47,485 nucleotides of DNA. It comes from Euryarchaeota archaeon UBA561 (lineage in GTDB: Archaea > Thermoplasmatota > Poseidoniia > Poseidoniales > Poseidoniaceae). Positions 42,825 through 47,485 of the stretch are shown piece by piece; the stretch's first letter is position 1, and each line of letters begins with the position of its first letter. The notes below the pieces were generated by a model. That model ran no database searches. It was not told the DNA's origin and saw only the letters and a list, made by a program, of their open reading frames with translations. The stretch is from assembly GCA_002502295.1 (NCBI GenBank), contig DANX01000014.1:1-47485 (forward strand), written 5' to 3'. Both the position numbers and the translations under genes were made by a program.

Positions 42825-44246
42825 TCAGATTTCTTTGACGGCGTTGTTCAAACCGGTCATCATGGCCTTTCCATCTCCAAAGAGCATCATGGTTTTGTCT
42901 TCGTAGAACAGGTCGTTGTCCACACCAGCATAACCGACGGACAACGAACGCTTGATGATGACCACGGTTCGTGCCTGGTCCGCATCGATGATCGGCATAC
43001 CAGCAAGCGGTCCCTCGCCGCTTCGTGCGGCCGGGTTGCATGTATCGTTGGCTCCGATGACAACGGCAACATCGCATTCGGGGAACTCGGCGTTAATCTC
43101 ATCCATCTCAACGAGCTTCTCATACGGAACGTTGGCTTCAGCAAGCAGGACATTCATGTGCCCGGGCATTCTTCCTGCGACAGGGTGGATGGCATACTTG
43201 ACTTCGGTGCCAAACTTTTCCTCCAACAAGTCGCCAAATTCCTTAACCTGGTGTTGGCATTGAGAAACTGCCATGCCGTAGCCTGGCACAATAATGACTT
43301 TCTGAGCGCCGTCAACCATCATGGCGACTTCATCGGGATCCGAACCTACTTTGGTTCGTGTAACTGTTTCCTTTGTGCTTCCACCAAACGACTTGAACAA
43401 CACATCCGGTAGTGTCCTGTTCATTGCCTTACACATAATGAACGTCAAAATGAGTCCAGATGCCCCAACCAGGGAACCCGCAACGATCAGCACTGGGTTG
43501 TTGATGATGAAGCCCGTGAACGCCGCTGCTATTCCTGAAAGGGAATTGAGCAAGGAGACCACGACAGGCATGTCCGCACCGCCGATGGGCAAGACAAGAA
43601 CAATTCCGAGGAGGCAGGATATGCCGATGATGGCCCACAAATATGTTTCATTGGTTGGCTCGTTGATGGACATGAATATGAGTGTGAAAACGGCGAGTGT
43701 CAACAGCACCTTCACGGCGTTGAGCCACTTTGGTCCCCACGTTGGGGTTTTGAACCATTTTCCAAAGATTTCGATGCCGCCCTTGAGTTTGAACATGGCA
43801 AGCAAGGAACCGGTCAGCGTCATCCATCCGACCAAGGCCGAGAGTCCAGCAGCAACAACGACGACTTGCAGCGCCAAACCGGTGGGTAAAGCGAGCGTAG
43901 GGTCTTCGATGTATTTCCACGTCTCGGAAAGTGCAACAAGGGCGGACGCAGCTCCACCAAAGCCGTTGAACAACGCCACAAGTTCCGGCATGCCCGTCAT
44001 TTCAACCTTGACGGCCATGATTGCTCCGATAACGGAGCCGATCACGAGACCAGCGATGATGAGTTCCCAGTTCATCGTTCCGGACTGCAGTTGCATAGAA
44101 ACGATGGTCGTGATGACCGCAACCAGCATTCCGAGGGCACCGTATTGATTTCCTCGGGGTGCCGTTCTTGGATGGCCGAGTTTCTTCAACCCGAAGATGA
44201 ACAAGGCTGCTGAGAGCAGGTAGCCGATTGGAATCCATTCTTCCAT
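42825..44246 (-). CDS. pntB: NAD(P) transhydrogenase subunit beta
   Basis: 'IGYLLSAALFIFGLKKLGHPRTAPRGNQYGALGM' is present. The dIII domain shows 'VIIVPGYGMAVSQCQH', 'VKYAIHPVAGRMPGHMNVLLAEA' and 'VVIGANDTCNPAA'. I prefer the ATG at 44246, which has a GGAGGG 5-10 nt upstream. Confidence 0.93.
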   Translation of the reverse strand: MEEWIPIGYLLSAALFIFGLKKLGHPRTAPRGNQYGALGMLVAVITTIVSMQLQSGTMNWELIIAGLVIGSVIGAIMAVKVEMTGMPELVALFNGFGGAASALVALSETWKYIEDPTLALPTGLALQVVVVAAGLSALVGWMTLTGSLLAMFKLKGGIEIFGKWFKTPTWGPKWLNAVKVLLTLAVFTLIFMSINEPTNETYLWAIIGISCLLGIVLVLPIGGADMPVVVSLLNSLSGIAAAFTGFIINNPVLIVAGSLVGASGLILTFIMCKAMNRTLPDVLFKSFGGSTKETVTRTKVGSDPDEVAMMVDGAQKVIIVPGYGMAVSQCQHQVKEFGDLLEEKFGTEVKYAIHPVAGRMPGHMNVLLAEANVPYEKLVEMDEINAEFPECDVAVVIGANDTCNPAARSGEGPLAGMPIIDADQARTVVIIKRSLSVGYAGVDNDLFYEDKTMMLFGDGKAMMTGLNNAVKEI

Positions 44247-44247
44247 T

Positions 44248-44559
44248 TCAAGCCCTCCTGTTCTTTCCGGCAATCATGTTGAGCATTCGGTTGGTAACCG
44301 CAAATCCTCCGACCACGTTGATCATCGCTAGCACAATGGCTACAAACGCCAAGATGCCAGAAACGAGTGTATCTCCCCCTTGGTAAGCCACGTTGGCACC
44401 GAGCAGGGCACCAACGACGCTAATGCCAGAAATGGCGTTTGCACCACTCATCAATGGCGTATGGAGGGTGGCGGGCACCTTGGTGATGAGTTCAAAACCA
44501 AGGAAAATAGCGAGCATAAACAGTGTCAAGTTTGCAATCAATGAGGCTTCAGTAATCAT
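44248..44559 (-). CDS. pntAB: NAD(P) transhydrogenase subunit alpha, part 2 (membrane dII-alpha)
   Basis: It is 103 aa with 3 TM segments. 'LTLFMLAIFLGFELITKVPATLHTPLMSGANAISGI' is characteristic. It has a 4-nt ATGA overlap with pntAA. Confidence 0.88.
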   Translation of the reverse strand: MITEASLIANLTLFMLAIFLGFELITKVPATLHTPLMSGANAISGISVVGALLGANVAYQGGDTLVSGILAFVAIVLAMINVVGGFAVTNRMLNMIAGKNRRA

Positions 44560-45719
44560 TCAACCACCCCTGCGAGTCGGGTTTGTTTCGGATGGATGGT
44601 GCCGTCTTTGCAAATCAGCACGCCCCCCATCCCGTTCACGTAGAAATCTGACCCTTCAGGAGCGCCAACAAGGATGTCGTCGTCTTCCGATATGATCACA
44701 GCTCCCTCGTTGACAAGGGAGGTGAAGAAGGTGGTAAGGTTGTTTGAATACAACATAGACGCCGTGTTGGCAAGTGTGCCCGGTAGATTCGAGGTACCAA
44801 CAATGATGACGCCGTTTTCGGTGGTGGTTACCTCTCCTTGGACGGTATCTTCGCAGTTGCCACCGACGTCAGCGTTCATATCGACAACGACTGCTCCTGA
44901 TTTGAATGTCGCAACGGCGCTTGAGGGCACGGTTATGGGCGCAGGTCGACCGAAGATACGGGCGGTTGTGACGACGATGTCGGCGTCAGCCGCTACACCA
45001 CAGACAGTGTCGTTGACCTTCTGAATGAATTCTGGTGTTAGCGGTTTTGCGTAGCCTGATTCGTCTTCAAAATCATCCATTCCATCAACCTCAATGAATC
45101 GCCCGCCAACGGATTCAATTTGTTCGGCGGCGGACTTTCGAACATCCGATGCGAACACGATCGCTCCGAGGCGCTTGGCGGTAGCAATCGCTTGCAAGCC
45201 AGCAACACCGCTGCCCATGATCACAACTTTTGCCGGTCGGATGGTTCCTGCCGACGTGGTCATCATTGGAATGCCCTTTGGAACGGCGGCCGCTCCCAGG
45301 AGAACGGCTTTGTAACCTGCAAGGTTATCTTGGCTGGAATTGACGTCCATGGATTGAGCTCTTGAAAGACGCCGTGGAATCATGTCCATGGAGAGAAGGG
45401 TGATGTTGGCCTCCATGCAGGCTTTCACGTATTCTGGATGGCGGAACGGGTCTGAAACGCAGGCAAGGTTCGTACCTGCATTGATCCCATCTGTACCTGG
45501 GAACCGAATACAAACGAGGTTTTCACACGCCAACGCCTCTTTTCTTGAGACAACGTGTGCTCCTGCGTCTACGTATTCTTGGTCGTGATAGTTGGCCGCA
45601 AGTCCTGCACCTTGTTCGATGTAGACCTCAAATCCGGCGCGTGAAAGTTTCTTCATGCTTGACGGGACAATGCCGACACGAGTTTCGCCTTCAGGTTCCT
45701 TTGGTACACCGAGTTTCAT
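44556..45719 (-). CDS. pntAA: NAD(P) transhydrogenase subunit alpha, part 1 (dI, alanine dehydrogenase-like)
   Basis: 'MKLGVPKEPEGETRVGIVP' is the true-looking start (ATG at 45719, not the GTG at 45740). The Rossmann motif is 'KVVIMGSGVAGLQAIATAKRLGAIV'. Confidence 0.92.
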   Translation of the reverse strand: MKLGVPKEPEGETRVGIVPSSMKKLSRAGFEVYIEQGAGLAANYHDQEYVDAGAHVVSRKEALACENLVCIRFPGTDGINAGTNLACVSDPFRHPEYVKACMEANITLLSMDMIPRRLSRAQSMDVNSSQDNLAGYKAVLLGAAAVPKGIPMMTTSAGTIRPAKVVIMGSGVAGLQAIATAKRLGAIVFASDVRKSAAEQIESVGGRFIEVDGMDDFEDESGYAKPLTPEFIQKVNDTVCGVAADADIVVTTARIFGRPAPITVPSSAVATFKSGAVVVDMNADVGGNCEDTVQGEVTTTENGVIIVGTSNLPGTLANTASMLYSNNLTTFFTSLVNEGAVIISEDDDILVGAPEGSDFYVNGMGGVLICKDGTIHPKQTRLAGVVE

Positions 45720-45904
45720 GCTATCACCTGTGATTTGCACCTGCAGATGGGTAGGTGCAATTCGCCTACCGGAAGGAGGTTTTTAGATTCCGCGCTTTGA
45801 ATCACTGAACACTGCTTTCGCAATTCCATCAAAGGTCAACGAACGAACCCTACCATTTGACTTATGGACTGAACGCAACAGGTTTGAAATGAAAGGTGGA
45901 AACC

Positions 45905-46843
45905 ATGGCAAGCGGACGTCGGAAAATTGCAGTAATTGGAGCGGGAAATGTAGGAGCAACGTGTGCATTCGTGTTGGCTCAGATGAAAGTTGCCGATGTT
46001 GTCCTCCTCGACATCTACGAGGGTTTTGCCAAAGGGAAAGCCCTTGACATGTCGCAAAACGCCAACGTCCTGAATTACAACGGCACAATCACTGGAACGG
46101 CTGACTACAACGACATCGCTGGAGCCGACGTCGTTGTGGTAACATCGGGTTTTCCTCGCATGCCGGGCATGACACGAGAAGACCTCATCGGAAAGAACGC
46201 GGACATTGTGTCCCAAGTTGGAACAGGCATCAAAGAACACGCTCCTGAAGCCGTCGTTATTGTCGTCACCAACCCCCTTGACCTCATGACCTACCACATG
46301 CAAAAGGTGACAGGATTCCCACCAGAGCGAGTCATTGGCCAAGCAGGTGTTCTTGACAGTGCACGCATGGCTCATTTCATTGCCCTTGAACTCAACTGTG
46401 CCGAAGAAGATGTTTCACCGATGGTCCTCGGTGGCCATGGCGACACGATGGTGCCTCTTCCACGCTATACGACGGTTGGTGGCATTCCAATTACACAACT
46501 CATGAGCGAGGAGCGAATTGAGGCCATCAGTGCTCGAACCGCCAGCGGTGGTGGAGAGATTGTCAAATTGCTTGAGAAGGGATCAGCTTTCTACGCACCG
46601 GGTTCAGCGGCAGCCATCATGGCGGAATCGGTCTTGAACGACCGTCGTCGTTTGATTCCGGCCTCTTGCTTGTTGACCGGTCAATACGGTCTTTCCGATG
46701 TTTACATCGGCGTTCCGTGCATCGTTGGCGCCAACGGCGTTGAACGCATCTTCGAACTCGATTTAACCGCCGAGGAACTTGAATCGCTCCAAGGTTCTGG
46801 GGAATTCTACAAAGGCCAGCTCAAAGATGTCCTCGGTTATTGA
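45905..46843 (+). CDS. mdh: Malate dehydrogenase (LDH-like MDH family)
   Basis: 'RRKIAVIGAGNVGATCAF', 'GKALDM', 'SGFPRMPGMTREDL' (Arg at the MDH-specific position) and 'VVTNPLD' are present. The ATG at 45905 is preceded by AGGTGG. Confidence 0.92.
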   Translation: MASGRRKIAVIGAGNVGATCAFVLAQMKVADVVLLDIYEGFAKGKALDMSQNANVLNYNGTITGTADYNDIAGADVVVVTSGFPRMPGMTREDLIGKNADIVSQVGTGIKEHAPEAVVIVVTNPLDLMTYHMQKVTGFPPERVIGQAGVLDSARMAHFIALELNCAEEDVSPMVLGGHGDTMVPLPRYTTVGGIPITQLMSEERIEAISARTASGGGEIVKLLEKGSAFYAPGSAAAIMAESVLNDRRRLIPASCLLTGQYGLSDVYIGVPCIVGANGVERIFELDLTAEELESLQGSGEFYKGQLKDVLGY

Positions 46844-47484
46844 ATTCGTTCAAGTGTGAGGCTCTCACGCCCGCCTACCGTCGTTGCCTTTTCGACCGGA
46901 TTGCTCCGTTTTACCAAACGATGGCCTTTTCGACCTCGGCTCCGCATGCGTGTGAGCACTTCTTGACCAACATAGCACCCTTTCTGCGGGTGGACCAAAT
47001 CCCCGAGTCCGCAACCGAGGGGGTTTACTTTTCCAGTGATCTCATGACCGTGGTAGGGAATGAGGTTTGCGATTCGATGCTCGGTCCATTCGTCGTCTGT
47101 CCACGTGGGTTTCCATTGGTGTTTGGCGGGGATGATGTACATCGTGCCGAAATAGCTCTGATGCACGGTTGTATCAGGTGGGTGGTCAGCGCCCCCGGTT
47201 CCAAGAAATACATCGTTGAGCTGCGTGATGTCCGTGATGGTGATGGATTGTCCGAGAATTCGTTCTGTTAGGTGAGCCGTCAGTGCTGATTTTGACGGTT
47301 CGTATCCTACAAGGGCCACGTGAGCCCCGACTGGAATCACTTCGCAGACGTCGATGATCTTCGCAGACCGATTCGTGAAAGCGGTGGTGCATGCACCTTC
47401 TACTTTGTTGGTTGAGAGTCCGTTGATAAACGGAAGAATCTCAGAACCTTGCAAGAGAAGTGTGTAGGGACGATGCCTGACCAT
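46837..47484 (-). CDS. Folate-binding YgfZ/GcvT-family protein (possibly 5'-truncated by the window edge)
   Basis: 'HPQKGCYVGQEVLTRMRSRGR' matches the YgfZ/aminomethyltransferase 'KGCYxGQExxxR' motif. An ATG sits at 47484, 1 nt from the window end, so the true start cannot be judged. The 3' end overlaps mdh by 7 nt. Confidence 0.65.
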   Translation of the reverse strand: MVRHRPYTLLLQGSEILPFINGLSTNKVEGACTTAFTNRSAKIIDVCEVIPVGAHVALVGYEPSKSALTAHLTERILGQSITITDITQLNDVFLGTGGADHPPDTTVHQSYFGTMYIIPAKHQWKPTWTDDEWTEHRIANLIPYHGHEITGKVNPLGCGLGDLVHPQKGCYVGQEVLTRMRSRGRKGHRLVKRSNPVEKATTVGGRESLTLERIQ

Positions 47485-47485
47485 G

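Noticed and set aside
43321-44148. A 275-aa ORF lies antisense to pntB. Analogous long antisense ORFs lie over pyrD (33567-34235), valS (4775-5509), GGR (29043-29684), the RND gene (8089-8676) and glyA plus its downstream gene (14756-15346, 15368-16144).
   Set aside because: Each overlaps a gene with unambiguous conserved motifs on the other strand. The translations are compositionally odd and have no recognisable domains. These are typical shadow ORFs in moderately GC-rich coding DNA.
45734-45770. Overlapping inverted repeats lie in the pntAA leader and pntAA-mdh divergent region: TGCACCT-N10-AGGTGCA and GGTAGG-N9-CCTACC.
   Set aside because: The stems are short (6-7 bp) and of a kind expected by chance in a 185-nt region. 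I cannot assess conservation or transcript ends from the sequence alone.
1-47485. I looked for mobile elements, CRISPR arrays, toxin-antitoxin pairs and classic defence genes.
   Set aside because: There is no transposase, integrase, Cas, restriction-modification or small paired ORF signature. The only repetitive DNA is the in-frame TSP3 coding repeats. The window looks like core chromosome interspersed with surface-protein genes rather than a defence island.

Overview
This is a gene-dense 47.5-kb chromosomal window with about 35 CDS and one structured RNA, and almost no non-coding DNA. Archaeal hallmark genes are present: a ~300-nt 7S SRP RNA, archease, tRNA-splicing endonuclease, a geranylgeranyl reductase-family enzyme, a Dpo4/DinB polymerase and a CxxxY-type CcmE. 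They sit among bacterial-looking genes: Topo III with Toprim C-terminal repeats, PntAA/AB/B transhydrogenase, an RND/MMPL transporter and PepP. There are also very large Asp-rich thrombospondin-type-3 (TSP3) repeat surface proteins. By inference only, this mix fits a marine planktonic Thermoplasmatota genome (Marine Group II / Poseidoniales-like). I found no rRNA, tRNA, CRISPR array, transposase, integrase or obvious prophage. All identifications come from by-eye motif recognition on the supplied translations; nothing was searched. Five items stand out. (1) At the left edge, a divergent B-family polymerase whose three exonuclease motifs look inactivated lies next to an orphan RecA-fold ATPase and an apparently active DinB, which may form a damage-tolerance or mutagenesis module. 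(2) A lipobox-anchored surface protein fuses TSP3 repeats to a two-domain PNGase F-like module. (3) A co-oriented trio downstream of pntAAB encodes a twin-arginine-signal Reeler/DOMON-like membrane protein, a TatC-like protein with an extra ~130-aa C-terminal domain, and an M6-like metalloprotease. (4) An isolated CcmE carries the Cys (CxxxY) variant of the heme-binding motif. (5) The SRP RNA lies in the only long 'empty' gap. Many gene starts are uncertain because GTG/TTG starts and N-terminal ORF extensions are common in the ORF track.
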